DNA from: Galactobacter sp.
GTDB lineage: Bacteria; Actinomycetota; Actinomycetes; Actinomycetales; Micrococcaceae
Assembly (NCBI GenBank): GCA_022712075.1
Contig: JALAHE010000108.1
Span: 1-35,576 of the forward strand
Reading direction: 5' to 3'
DNA length: 35,576 bases
Each line of letters starts with the position of its first letter. The first letter of the stretch is position 1. The notes beneath the pieces were generated by a model. That model did not search any database. It was given only the letters and a program-made list of their open reading frames with translations, and was not told where the DNA came from. A program made the position numbers and the translations under genes. Of the stretch, positions 9,074-18,252 are shown one piece after another.

Positions 9074-10177
9074 ATCAGCGACGCACGTATTAACGATCGC
9101 ATCCGCGTCCCCGAGGTGCGGTTGGTCGGTCCGAACGGTGAGCAGGTCGGGGTCGTCCGCATTGAGGATGCCCTGCGTCTGGCCCAGGAGGCTGATCTCG
9201 ACCTCGTCGAGGTCGCCCCCAACGCCAAGCCTCCGGTGTGCAAGCTGATGGACTTCGGCAAGTACAAGTACGAGGCGGCCTTGAAGGCTCGCGAGTCGCG
9301 CAAGAACCAGACGAACACGGTCCTCAAGGAGGTCCGCTTCCGCCTGAAGATCGATGCGCACGACTACGAGACCAAGAAGAAGAACGCGCTCAAGTTCCTG
9401 GAACAGGGCGACAAGGTCAAGGCCATGATCCAGTTCCGCGGCCGCGAGCAGCAGCGCCCGGAGTTCGGCATCCGCCTCCTGCAGAAGTTCGCCTCCGAGG
9501 TGGCCGAGCTCGGCCAGGTCGAGTCGGCTCCCCGCCAGGACGGCCGCAACATGGTCATGGTCATCGGCCCGCTGCGCACCAAGGCTGACGCCAAGGCGCA
9601 GGCCCGCCGCGAGGCCAAGGCCGTCGAGGAGGCCACCGGCACCGGTAGCCGCCGCAACCGCACCGAGCGCGTCGACACCTCCGCCCCGCAGGCAGAGGTC
9701 ACGAACTCCGTGGCTGACGCGATGCCGGAGGAGCTCAAGAAGCTCGCCGCATCGATGCCGGCCTTCGGCAAGATCCCCGAGGGCCAGCCGATTCCGTCGG
9801 CCCCGGCCCCGGTCAAGGCGGAGAAGCCCGCAGGCAAGGGTCCGCGCGGCGGCTCCGGCCCCCGCGGTTCGAAGCCGTCCGGCGACCGCCCCGAGCGTGG
9901 GGATCGCCCGGAGCGCTCGGAGCGCTCCTCGGCCCCGCGGAGCAGCTCTGCTCCGCGCACCGGCGCCCCGCGCCCGGCCGGTTCCGCTCCCCGCCCGGCC
10001 ACGGCCCCGCGTCCCGCCTCTGCTCCGCGTCCCGCGGCCGCCCCGGGCACGACGCCGAAGCCCATGGCCATGCCGAAGCCCGGGGGCGTTGCCCCCAAGC
10101 CCGGCGCACCGAAGCCGGGGGCTCCCAAGCCGGGCGCCCCGAAGCCCGGTGCACCCAAGCCCGGCCAGCAGGCCTAG
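9074..10177 (+). CDS. infC: Translation initiation factor IF-3, non-canonical AUC start, long low-complexity C-terminal extension
   Basis: [57 protein letters not shown] at 9074 is 6 nt after AAGGAG and no in-frame ATG or GTG lies there. Confidence 0.95.
   Translation: MSDARINDRIRVPEVRLVGPNGEQVGVVRIEDALRLAQEADLDLVEVAPNAKPPVCKLMDFGKYKYEAALKARESRKNQTNTVLKEVRFRLKIDAHDYETKKKNALKFLEQGDKVKAMIQFRGREQQRPEFGIRLLQKFASEVAELGQVESAPRQDGRNMVMVIGPLRTKADAKAQARREAKAVEEATGTGSRRNRTERVDTSAPQAEVTNSVADAMPEELKKLAASMPAFGKIPEGQPIPSAPAPVKAEKPAGKGPRGGSGPRGSKPSGDRPERGDRPERSERSSAPRSSSAPRTGAPRPAGSAPRPATAPRPASAPRPAAAPGTTPKPMAMPKPGGVAPKPGAPKPGAPKPGAPKPGAPKPGQQA
10091..10165 (+). repeat. 5 x 15-nt coding tandem repeat (APKPG)5 in the IF3 tail
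   Basis: gcccccaagcccggc/gcaccgaagccgggg/gctcccaagccgggc/gccccgaagcccggt/gcacccaagcccggc; the copies differ only at third codon positions. Confidence 0.9.
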
Positions 10178-10297
10178 CACGCAGTACTTCCGCTTGATGC
10201 TCGTCAGGGCAACGGCGGTCAGGACAAACCGACCCTCGCCGGTCGGCAACAGCACTCGAACCCGCGGGTTCGGGAGGACGTACAAGGAGAAGGCATT

Positions 10298-10492
10298 ATG
10301 CCGAAGTTCAAGACCCACTCTGGGGCGAAGAAGCGTTTCAAGGTCACCGGTAGCGGCAAGCTGAAGCGCCAGCAGGCCAACCGCCGCCACTACCTCGAGC
10401 ACAAGTCCTCGCGCCTGACGCGTCGACTCAAGGGCGATCGCATCGTTGCCAAGGCGGATCAGCGCACGATCCGCCGCATGCTCGGCATCTGA
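10298..10492 (+). CDS. rpmI: 50S ribosomal protein L35
   Basis: [21 protein letters not shown]...[10 protein letters not shown]. Confidence 0.98.
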   Translation: MPKFKTHSGAKKRFKVTGSGKLKRQQANRRHYLEHKSSRLTRRLKGDRIVAKADQRTIRRMLGI

Positions 10493-10588
10493 TCCTCGCG
10501 CGGGGCACCCCGCGCTGAAACCACCATTCATCCCGCCGCGCCAGCACCTACGCTGAAGAGAAGCGGCCAGCATTAAAGGAGTACACAC

Positions 10589-10972
10589 GTGGCACGTGTG
10601 AAGCGGGCAGTCAACGCCCATAAGAAGCGTCGCGTCATCCTGGACCGTGCGTCCGGCTACCGTGGTCAGCGTTCGCGCCTGTACCGCAAGGCGAAGGAGC
10701 AGCTGCTCCACTCGTTCGTCTACAGCTTCAACGATCGTCGCAAGCGCAAGGGTGACTTCCGTCGCCTGTGGATCCAGCGCATCAACGCTGCCGCCCGCGC
10801 CAACGGCATGACCTACAACCGCCTGATCCAGGGCCTGAAGCTCGCCGGCGTCGAGGTCGATCGCCGCATGCTGGCCGAGCTCGCCGTCTCCGACGCCGGC
10901 GCGTTCGCCACCCTGGTCGCCGTGGCCCAGAAGGCCCTCCCGGCCGACGTCAACGCCCCGGTCGCCCGCTGA
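10589..10972 (+). CDS. rplT: 50S ribosomal protein L20
   Basis: [15 protein letters not shown]...[11 protein letters not shown]...[26 protein letters not shown]. Confidence 0.98.
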   Translation: MARVKRAVNAHKKRRVILDRASGYRGQRSRLYRKAKEQLLHSFVYSFNDRRKRKGDFRRLWIQRINAAARANGMTYNRLIQGLKLAGVEVDRRMLAELAVSDAGAFATLVAVAQKALPADVNAPVAR

Positions 10973-11012
10973 GCGTTGAAGCGTGAACCGGCCCGAGTGC
11001 CGGTGAGCCCGT

Positions 11013-11058
11013 AAAGAAGGGGCGGTACCCGCTGTTGTGCGGCTACCGCCCCTTCTTT
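11013..11058 (+). terminator. Intrinsic terminator after rplT
   Basis: AAAGAAGGGGCGGTA(11013-11027)...TACCGCCCCTTCTTT(11044-11058) 15-bp inverted repeat. Confidence 0.85.
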
Positions 11059-11123
11059 CGTCCCCGCATCCCTTTTCTTCGAGCCCCCTCTTCGAACCAC
11101 CAGGAGCCGCGTCAGTGGAGATC

Positions 11124-11990
11124 ATGAGCAACCCCCAGGCCGATCGGGTCCAGGCCACCGCGCGCCTGGCCACGGCGGCCGGCCGCCGCAAGGCGGGTGC
11201 CTTCCTGGTGGAGGGCCCGCAGGCCGTGCGCGAGGCGGTGCGCGCCCACGCGGCTGGCGCGGCCAAGGTGCTCGACGTCTACATCACGCAGGAGCGCGCC
11301 GAGCGCGAGCCCGAGCTGAGCGGCGGCCCCGGCGTGCACTCGCACCTCGTGAGCGAGGAGGTGCTGGCCGCCATGGCCGACACTGTCTCCCCGCAGGGCG
11401 TGGTGGCCACGGTGGCGCTGCCCGCTGCCTCCCTGCCCGACGTCGCGCGGCCGGGTACCGGCCTCGTCGTCGTGTTGGCGCGGGTCCAGGACCCGGGCAA
11501 CGCCGGGACGATCCTGCGCGCGGCCGACGCCGCCGGCGCGGACGCCGTGGTGGCGCTCAAGGGCACCGTTGACCTCTTCTCGCCCAAGGTGGTCCGCTCC
11601 ACCGTCGGCTCGCTCTTCCACCTGCCGGTTGTCTCCGGCGTGAGCCTGGAGGAGGCGGCTGCCGCCCTGGGCGGCGCCGGCCTGACGCTGCTCGCGGCCG
11701 ACGGCTACGGCGATCAGGACCTCGACGTCCTCCAGGACGATGCGGCCGCCCGTCGCACGGGCCAGACCGCCAAGGGAGCGGCGAAGCGGCCCTCGCTCAT
11801 CGCCCCCACCGCCTGGCTCATGGGCAACGAGGGCTCCGGCCTCTCCGACGAGGAGCTCGCCGTGTGCTCGGCCCGCGTGGCCATCCCGCTCTACGGCGCG
11901 GCGGAGTCGCTCAACGTCGGCACCGCCGCCACGCTCTGCCTCTACGCCTCGGCCCGCGCCCAGCGCGGGGCGCAGGCCGAGGGCCGATGA
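11124..11990 (+). CDS. TrmH/SpoU family RNA methyltransferase
   Basis: FLVEGPQAVREA, TVSPQG, VQDPGNAGTILRAADAAG, KVVRSTVGSLF, MGNEGSGL, IPLYGAAESLNV (SPOUT motifs). Confidence 0.93.
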   Translation: MSNPQADRVQATARLATAAGRRKAGAFLVEGPQAVREAVRAHAAGAAKVLDVYITQERAEREPELSGGPGVHSHLVSEEVLAAMADTVSPQGVVATVALPAASLPDVARPGTGLVVVLARVQDPGNAGTILRAADAAGADAVVALKGTVDLFSPKVVRSTVGSLFHLPVVSGVSLEEAAAALGGAGLTLLAADGYGDQDLDVLQDDAAARRTGQTAKGAAKRPSLIAPTAWLMGNEGSGLSDEELAVCSARVAIPLYGAAESLNVGTAATLCLYASARAQRGAQAEGR

Positions 11991-12514
11991 TCGCCGACGG
12001 CGCGGTCCCCGGAAGAGTGGCCGGCTCCGCCGCCGTCTCCGTGGCCGGCGCGAGTTTCGGACAGCCCTCCGGCGCATCCTCCTCGTGGGTGCAGGTCGTC
12101 GGTGCCGCGATCGTCGACTCCCTCGACGCGCCCACCGCGCTCTTGGCCGGGCGCCGCTCCGCCCCGCCGGCACTGGCCGGACTGTGGGAGTTTCCCGGCG
12201 GCAAGCAGGAGCCGGGGGAGCGCGCCGAGCAGGCGCTGCTGCGCGAACTCTCCGAGGAGCTGGGGGTCGAGGCCGAAGTGGGCGTCGAGGTGCCCGGGCC
12301 AGACGCCGAACGCGGTTGGCCCCTTAAACCGGGTGCCTGGATGCGGGTCTTTGCCGCGCAGGTGAGAGCTGGCGAGCCGGCGACCCTGGAGGATCACGAT
12401 GAGCTGCGCTGGCTGCCCTTGGACGAGCGTCTCGTTGACGCCGTCGACTGGATTCCGGCCGACCGGGACATCGTCCGCGCCGTGGTCGGCACGCTGCGCC
12501 CGGACGCCCGCTAG
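11987..12514 (+). CDS. NUDIX hydrolase, MutT-like (deoxy)nucleoside triphosphate pyrophosphohydrolase
   Basis: Nudix box GGKQEPGERAEQALLRELSEELG, preceded by GLWEFP; DHDELRWL, WIPAD. ATGA overlap with TrmH. Confidence 0.9.
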   Translation: MIADGAVPGRVAGSAAVSVAGASFGQPSGASSSWVQVVGAAIVDSLDAPTALLAGRRSAPPALAGLWEFPGGKQEPGERAEQALLRELSEELGVEAEVGVEVPGPDAERGWPLKPGAWMRVFAAQVRAGEPATLEDHDELRWLPLDERLVDAVDWIPADRDIVRAVVGTLRPDAR

Positions 12515-12680
12515 GCCGTAGCGCGGAAACGCCTCGACGCCGCCGGGTTCGGCAGCCGATCGCCACGCGCGCACGAGCCGTGCGCGGACGACGGCGTCCT
12601 GGGGGGAGGGGCGGGGCGGCCGGTGCGTCCGGCCACCCCGCCAGTGGGCCGCCGTGCGACCCGTGAGCTTCCCATCTCAC
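12515..12680 (-). pseudogene. Possible 5' remnant of an SOS-regulated gene (begins MRWEAH; Rv2578c-family radical SAM-like start)
   Basis: GTG at 12680 lies just downstream of an SOS box. Only ~165 bp remain before the convergent NUDIX stop, and there is no CxxxCxxC motif. The family resemblance is from memory of N-termini only. Confidence 0.3.
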
Positions 12681-12688
12681 CCCTTCAT

Positions 12689-12704
12689 TAGAACACATCT
12701 TCGA
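12689..12704. promoter_or_regulatory. LexA (SOS) box
   Basis: TAGAAC-ACAT-CTTCGA (minus strand TCGAAGATGTGTTCTA): 2 mismatches from TCGAAC-N4-GTTCGA, with the same half-site variants as at lexA. Confidence 0.7.
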
Positions 12705-12756
12705 ACGATGCGAGGTTGTCGCCCGCCCCGACGTGCGCGGCGGTAGCGTGGGGGGA

Positions 12757-13362
12757 ATGATCCTCTTCACGGGCTTCGAGCCCTTCGGCGGCGCCGAGGA
12801 AAACCCCTCGCGGCTCGCCTCCCAGGAGGCGGCGAGGCTCAGCGCCGCGGCCGGGCGCCCCGCCGTGCATGTCGAGTTGCCGTGCACCTTCGCCGGCTCG
12901 CGGGCCGCCCTCGCGGCGGCGATCGAGGCTTACCGCCCGGAGCTCATCCTGTGCGCGGGCCTGGCTGAGGGGCGCGAGCGCATCAGTCTCGAGCGGGTGG
13001 CGCTGAACCTCATGGATGCCCGCATCCCGGACAACGCCGGCGCCCAACCCGTCGACGAGCCGGTGGAACCCGGGGCGCCACTCGCCCTGCCCGCCCGGAT
13101 GCCCGTCAAGCGCATCAAGGCCGCCCTCGAGGCGGCCGGAGTGCCCACCGAACTCTCCCTGAGCGCCGGGAGCTATGTGTGCAACACCGTCCTCTACGCC
13201 GCGCTGCGGCTCGCCCCGGAGGGCGTTCCCGTCGGTTTTGTCCACGTCCCCCTGGCCGAACAGATGCCCGTCGCCACCCAGGCGCGGGCCCTCGCGCTCA
13301 TCGCCGCCACGGTCCTCGAGGACCCGGAGGAGCTGCGGGTGCCCGGAGGCGCCGAGTACTGA
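12757..13362 (+). CDS. pcp: Pyroglutamyl-peptidase I (C15)
   Basis: ILFTGFEPFGG...NPS, ISLERVALN (Glu), ARIPDNAG, SAGSYVCN (Cys), GFVHVP (His). ATG lies 7 nt after a TAGCGT -10. Confidence 0.93.
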   Translation: MILFTGFEPFGGAEENPSRLASQEAARLSAAAGRPAVHVELPCTFAGSRAALAAAIEAYRPELILCAGLAEGRERISLERVALNLMDARIPDNAGAQPVDEPVEPGAPLALPARMPVKRIKAALEAAGVPTELSLSAGSYVCNTVLYAALRLAPEGVPVGFVHVPLAEQMPVATQARALALIAATVLEDPEELRVPGGAEY

Positions 13363-13576
13363 CGCCAGCCCGCCCGAGGCGCCGCCCGCCGTCGTGCGGC
13401 CTGCCCCGCGGGCGCCCCGCCCGGGGCGCCGGCGGGGCAGGCCGCGGCTGAACCGCGGCCTTCGACACACCAAGTGTCGGCAAGCTGTGGGCCTTCACAG
13501 GCCCAGGCCGTAGGCTAGGAAAGAATGTGCCCGGCGACCGAGGCTCGCCGGGGTCCGATACGTGAAAAGGTTGAGA

Positions 13577-14365
13577 ATGAAGCGGTTCATGAAGGCATTG
13601 CCCGTCATCCTCGTGGGCGGGCTGGCCCTCACCGGTTGCAGCGCCACCGAGACCCCCGCCGCGGAGACGAACTTCGCGCTGGAGTACAGGACGCACGCCG
13701 AGGGCGATGCGCTGGGCGACGCCGTCAACACCGGCGCCGACGTGCTCGGCAAGAACGCCGTCACCGCGGCCGCTCAGCTCACCTCGCTCGGCCTGGTGCA
13801 GAGCACGGTAGACATCAGCTCCAAGAACGCCGACAAGAAGCAGAGCGCCGAGCTCTCGCTCGACGGCATCACCGCCGACAGCATCACCGCCGTCAAGAAG
13901 GCCTCCGCCGAGTACGTGGCGAGCATCCTGACGCAGTGGCAGGGCGGCGACACGGCCAAGACCGAGGAGCAGTTCTGGGCCGATGAGTCGGTCAAGACCT
14001 ACTTCGCCGCCTACCCGGGCGTCGCGCTGGCCGAGGCGCTGCCGGCGCTGAGCGAGACCGAGGGGACGCACACCGCGACCTTCGCGCCGCGCCTGATCGA
14101 CGCGCTGAAGAACTACAACGCCACCGTCACCATCACGGTGCCGGGTTCGGCCTCCGTCGAGGGCAGCCCGGCCGGCGTGACCGTCTCCGGCCACGAGGTG
14201 GTCATCGATCCCGCGCAGCTCAAGGACGGCGAGACCACCGCCGTCAGCTACCACGATCCGGCCCCGGTCATGAGCTGGTGGCTCTCCGCCATCCTCTGGG
14301 TCCTCGGCGTGGTCGTGACCGTGCTGCTGGTCATGATCGCCCTGGCTCCCCGCCGCCGCGACTGA
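13577..14365 (+). CDS. Lipoprotein with an additional C-terminal TM anchor (LppM/DUF3153-like)
   Basis: MKRFMKALPVILVGGLALTG-C lipobox; VTITVPG strand; C-terminal WWLSAILWVLGVVVTVLLVMIALAP-RRRD. Confidence 0.75.
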   Translation: MKRFMKALPVILVGGLALTGCSATETPAAETNFALEYRTHAEGDALGDAVNTGADVLGKNAVTAAAQLTSLGLVQSTVDISSKNADKKQSAELSLDGITADSITAVKKASAEYVASILTQWQGGDTAKTEEQFWADESVKTYFAAYPGVALAEALPALSETEGTHTATFAPRLIDALKNYNATVTITVPGSASVEGSPAGVTVSGHEVVIDPAQLKDGETTAVSYHDPAPVMSWWLSAILWVLGVVVTVLLVMIALAPRRRD

Positions 14366-14395
14366 TCCACCCTCCGGCCCCGGCCGGAACCGCGG

Positions 14396-14431
14396 AAGGG
14401 GCCCGTGACGCAAGAGCGTCGCGGGCCCCTT
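14396..14431. terminator. Hairpin terminator after the lipoprotein gene
   Basis: AAGGGGCCCGTGACGC-aaga-GCGTCGCGGGCCCCTT 16-bp stem with one G-U pair. Confidence 0.75.
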
Positions 14432-14514
14432 GCGCGTCCGGGGCAGGGGTGTCAGCTGGCCTAGAATGGGCCTGAACCACCATTCCTTTGCACCGTGAGG
14501 GCGTGCCTAGACAC

Positions 14515-15588
14515 ATGTCAGAATCACCAAGCTCGCCGGGCGTCACGCCGGGCGTCCCGCATCCCACCGACTCGGAGGCCGTCGACGTCGTCGTCGCCGC
14601 TGCCCTCGCCGCGTTTGAGGAGGCGGGCGACCTCGAGGAGCTGAAGGCCGCGCGACTCGCGCATCTCGGCGAGAAGGCGCCCCTGACCCTCGCGAACCGC
14701 ACCATCGGCTCGCTGGACAAGGCGGAGAAGGCCCTCGCTGGCAAGACGCTCGGCGCGGCCAAGGGCCGCCTGTCCAAGGCCCTGGCCGCCCGCACCGAGG
14801 TGCTCGAGGCCGAGCACGCCGCGCGCCGCCTGCTGGAGGAGACGGTCGACGTCACCGCCGCGCCGCGCCGCACCACGCTGGGCGCCCGTCACCCGCTCTC
14901 CCGCCTGACCGAGCGCGTCTCCGACGGGTTTGTTGGCATGGGCTGGGAGATCGCCGAGGGCCCCGAGGTCGAGTCCGAGTGGTTCAACTTCGACGCCCTC
15001 AACTTCGACGAGGACCACCCGGCCCGCGAAATGCAGGACACGTTCTTTGTTGACCCGCCGCAGGCCCACCTCGTACTGCGCACCCACACCTCGCCCGTGC
15101 AGATCCGCTCCATGCTGGATCGCGAGGTGCCGATCTACGTGCTGTGCCCCGGCCGCACCTTCCGCACCGACGAGCTGGACGCGACGCACACCCCCGTGTT
15201 CCACCAGTTCGAGGGCCTGGCCGTCGACAAGGGCCTGACGATGGCCGACCTCAAGGGCACCCTGGAGCACTTCGCGCGCCAGATGTTCGGCCCCGAGGCC
15301 AAGATCCGCCTGCGCCCCTCCTACTTCCCGTTCACCGAGCCGAGCGCCGAGCTGGACATCTGGCACCCCGGTGCCAAGGGCGGCCCGCGCTGGATCGAGT
15401 GGGGCGGCTGCGGCATGGTGCACCCCAATGTGCTGCGCTCCGGCGGCATCGACCCGGAGGTCTACTCCGGCTTTGCCTTCGGCATGGGCGTGGAGCGCAC
15501 GCTCATGTTCCGCAACGACGTCCCCGACATGCACGACATGATCGAAGGCGACGTCCGCTTCAGCCAGCACTTCGGGATGGAGATCTGA
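14515..15588 (+). CDS. pheS: Phenylalanine--tRNA ligase alpha subunit
   Basis: [72 protein letters not shown]. Candidate TAGAAT -10 at 14462. Confidence 0.97.
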   Translation: MSESPSSPGVTPGVPHPTDSEAVDVVVAAALAAFEEAGDLEELKAARLAHLGEKAPLTLANRTIGSLDKAEKALAGKTLGAAKGRLSKALAARTEVLEAEHAARRLLEETVDVTAAPRRTTLGARHPLSRLTERVSDGFVGMGWEIAEGPEVESEWFNFDALNFDEDHPAREMQDTFFVDPPQAHLVLRTHTSPVQIRSMLDREVPIYVLCPGRTFRTDELDATHTPVFHQFEGLAVDKGLTMADLKGTLEHFARQMFGPEAKIRLRPSYFPFTEPSAELDIWHPGAKGGPRWIEWGGCGMVHPNVLRSGGIDPEVYSGFAFGMGVERTLMFRNDVPDMHDMIEGDVRFSQHFGMEI

Positions 15589-15591
15589 ACC

Positions 15592-18141
15592 ATGCGTATT
15601 CCCCTTTCATGGCTGCGTGAAAACGCCGAGGTGCCCGCCGGCGCCACCGCCGAGGACGTCATGGCCGCTCTGGTCAGGGTCGGCCTCGAGGAGGAGGACG
15701 TGATCCGTCCCCTCGACTCCCTGCAGGGCCCCATCGTGGTGGGCCAGGTGCTCACCCGCGAGGAGGAGCCCCAGAAGAACGGCAAGGTCATCAACTGGTG
15801 CACCGTGCGCGTGGTGCCCGAGGGCACGGAGCAGACCCTGACGGGAGAGGGCATCGACCCCTCCGGCGTGCAGGGCATCATCTGCGGCGCCCACAACTTC
15901 GAGGTCGGCGACAAGGTGGTCGTGACGCTCCCGGGCGCCGTGCTGCCCGGCGACTTCCGCATCACCCCGCGCAAGACCTACGGCCACGTCTCGGCCGGCA
16001 TGCTCGCCTCGGCGCGCGAGCTGGGCCTCGGCGACGATCACGACGGCATCCTCGTCTTCCGCGATCTTGGCCTGGACCCCGAGGTGGGCCAGGAGGCGCT
16101 GCCGCTGCTCGGCGTGACCGACGAGGCCGCCGAGATCAACGTGACCCCGGACCGCGGCTACTGCTTCTCCATCCGCGGCGTGGCCCGCGAATACGCGCTC
16201 GCCACGGGCACGGCGTTCTCCGACCCGGCCGGCCGCGTCACCGTCGCCGCGCCGAGCGAGGCGGCGATCGGCGTCGAGCTCAAGGACGAGGCCCCCATCC
16301 GCGGCAACGTGGGCTGCGATCGCTTCGTGACCCGCGAGGTCACGGGCCTGGATCCCGAGGCGACGACCCCGGCCTGGATGGCCGAGCGCCTGCGCCTGGC
16401 CGGCATGCGCCCCATCTCCCTGGCGGTGGACGTCTCCAACTACGTCATGTGGGAGCTGGGCCAGCCCCTGCACTTCTACGACCGCGACACCCTGAACGGC
16501 GACATCGTGGTGCGCCGCGCCGCGGCCGGCGAGAAGCTGACCACGCTGGACGGCAAGGAGCGCACGCTCCACGCCGAGGACCTGCTCATCACCGACGCGT
16601 CCGGCCCCATCGGCCTGGCCGGCATCATGGGCGGCGCCGCGACCGAGGTCTCGGCCTCCACGCGCACCGTCCTCATCGAGTCGGCGCACTTCGACGCCGT
16701 CTCCATGGGCCGCACCAAGCGCCGCCACAAGCTGCCCTCCGAGGCGTCCAAGCGCAACGAGCGCGGCGTGGACTGGGGGGTCGCCGACAAGGCGGCCCAG
16801 CGCGCCGTGGACCTGCTCGTCGAGCTCGGTGGCTGCACCGACACGGGCCGCGGCGGCGACGCCGGCACCCGCCCGGCTCCCGTCACCGTGAGCCTCCCGC
16901 ACGGCGCCGCCGCCGCGCGCGTTGGCGTGGAGTACACCCGCGAGCAGGAGCTTTCCTCGCTCACGGGCGTTGGCTGCACGGTTGAGGAGGGGGCCGACGC
17001 CGATCTGGTCACCGTTCCCTCCTGGCGCCCCGACATGGACATCGCCGATGACCTCATCGAGGAGATCGCGCGCCTCGTCGGCTACGAGCAGATCCCGTCC
17101 ACCCTGCCCGTGGCGCCCCCCGGGCGCGGCCTGACGGGCGCGCAGCGCTCCAAGCGCCGCGTGCTTGACGCGCTCGCCGCCGCGGGCCTGACCGAGGTGC
17201 TCGCGTACCCGTTCGTCTCGCAGGCGCAGAACGCCACCTTCGGCGCGCCCGTGGAGGGCACCGAGGTACCCGCCGTTCACCTGGCCAACCCGATCTCGGC
17301 CGAGTTCGGCTGGCTGCGCACCTCGCTGCTGCCGGGCCTGCTGGAGATCGCCCGCCGCAACGCCTCGCGCGGCTTCCGCGACACGGCGCTCTTCGAGGGT
17401 GGCCTCGTGTTCTGGCCGCGCGAGCAGCTCGGTTCCGCGACGCTGCCCGCCGGCGGCGCCCGCCCGAGCGACGCCGAGCTGCAGGACCTCAACGCCGGCA
17501 TCCCGGATCAGCCGTGGCACCTCGCCGCCGTGCTCTCCGGGCGCGTGTCGAACGGCGCCCTGGGCGAGTCGGCGCGCGCGTGGGATTGGGCCGATGCGCT
17601 CGACGCCGCGCGCCTCGTCTCCGATACCCTCGGCGCCGAGCTGCGCGTGACGCAGGGTACGCACCAGGCCTTCCACCCGGGCCGCTGCGCCCGCCTGGAG
17701 ACGGCCGAGGGCGCGCTGGTCGGTTGGGCAGGCGAGCTGCACCCCGACTACCTGGCCGCGAACGATCTCCCCGAGCGCACCGTGGCCATGGAGGTCGACG
17801 TGCGCGAGCTCCTCGCCGCGGCGCCCGAGTCCATCGTGGCGCAGCAGGACCTCTCCAGCTTCCCCGCGGCGACGCAGGACGTGGCCCTCGTGGTCCCGGC
17901 CGAGCTCTCCGCCGCGCAGGTTCTCGAGGCCCTGCGCGAGGGGGCGGGCGAGCTCCTGGAGCACGCCGAGCTCTTCGACGACTACCGGGGTCAGGGCATC
18001 GAGCCCGGCTCCAAGTCGCTCGCGTTTGCCCTGCGCTTCCGCGCCACGGACCGCACGCTGACGGCCGATGAGGCCTCGGCGGCCCGCGAGGCGGCCGTGG
18101 CCGTCGCAGCCGAGCGCTTCGGGGCCCAGGCCCGCGGCTGA
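15592..18141 (+). CDS. pheT: Phenylalanine--tRNA ligase beta subunit
   Basis: MRIPLSWL, IICGAHN, GMLAS, VTPDRGY, GQPLHFYD, LAGIMGG, PSWRPD, DLIEEIARLVGY, HPGR, C-terminal FDX-ACB (LFDDYRG...KSLAF). Confidence 0.97.
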   Translation: MRIPLSWLRENAEVPAGATAEDVMAALVRVGLEEEDVIRPLDSLQGPIVVGQVLTREEEPQKNGKVINWCTVRVVPEGTEQTLTGEGIDPSGVQGIICGAHNFEVGDKVVVTLPGAVLPGDFRITPRKTYGHVSAGMLASARELGLGDDHDGILVFRDLGLDPEVGQEALPLLGVTDEAAEINVTPDRGYCFSIRGVAREYALATGTAFSDPAGRVTVAAPSEAAIGVELKDEAPIRGNVGCDRFVTREVTGLDPEATTPAWMAERLRLAGMRPISLAVDVSNYVMWELGQPLHFYDRDTLNGDIVVRRAAAGEKLTTLDGKERTLHAEDLLITDASGPIGLAGIMGGAATEVSASTRTVLIESAHFDAVSMGRTKRRHKLPSEASKRNERGVDWGVADKAAQRAVDLLVELGGCTDTGRGGDAGTRPAPVTVSLPHGAAAARVGVEYTREQELSSLTGVGCTVEEGADADLVTVPSWRPDMDIADDLIEEIARLVGYEQIPSTLPVAPPGRGLTGAQRSKRRVLDALAAAGLTEVLAYPFVSQAQNATFGAPVEGTEVPAVHLANPISAEFGWLRTSLLPGLLEIARRNASRGFRDTALFEGGLVFWPREQLGSATLPAGGARPSDAELQDLNAGIPDQPWHLAAVLSGRVSNGALGESARAWDWADALDAARLVSDTLGAELRVTQGTHQAFHPGRCARLETAEGALVGWAGELHPDYLAANDLPERTVAMEVDVRELLAAAPESIVAQQDLSSFPAATQDVALVVPAELSAAQVLEALREGAGELLEHAELFDDYRGQGIEPGSKSLAFALRFRATDRTLTADEASAAREAAVAVAAERFGAQARG

Positions 18142-18252
18142 CGCAGCACCCCTCCCGGCCGGGCGGCCGGGGCACGACGACGGCGCTCGCCCCTTTCCGG
18201 GGCGGGCGCCGTCTCGCTGTGGTGGGCGGCGCTGGCGCGTAGGCTCGCTGTC

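Noticed and set aside
9011-11266. 751-aa minus-strand ORF
   Set aside because: Antisense shadow of infC-rpmI-rplT; no motifs; an artefact of stop-codon scarcity at high GC
13485-13500. CRP/GlxR site
   Set aside because: Spacing is GTG-N6-CAC rather than the required GTG-N8-CAC
14432-14514. T-box riboswitch upstream of pheS
   Set aside because: The leader is too short (about 40 nt from the TAGAAT -10) and has no T-box UGGNACC motif
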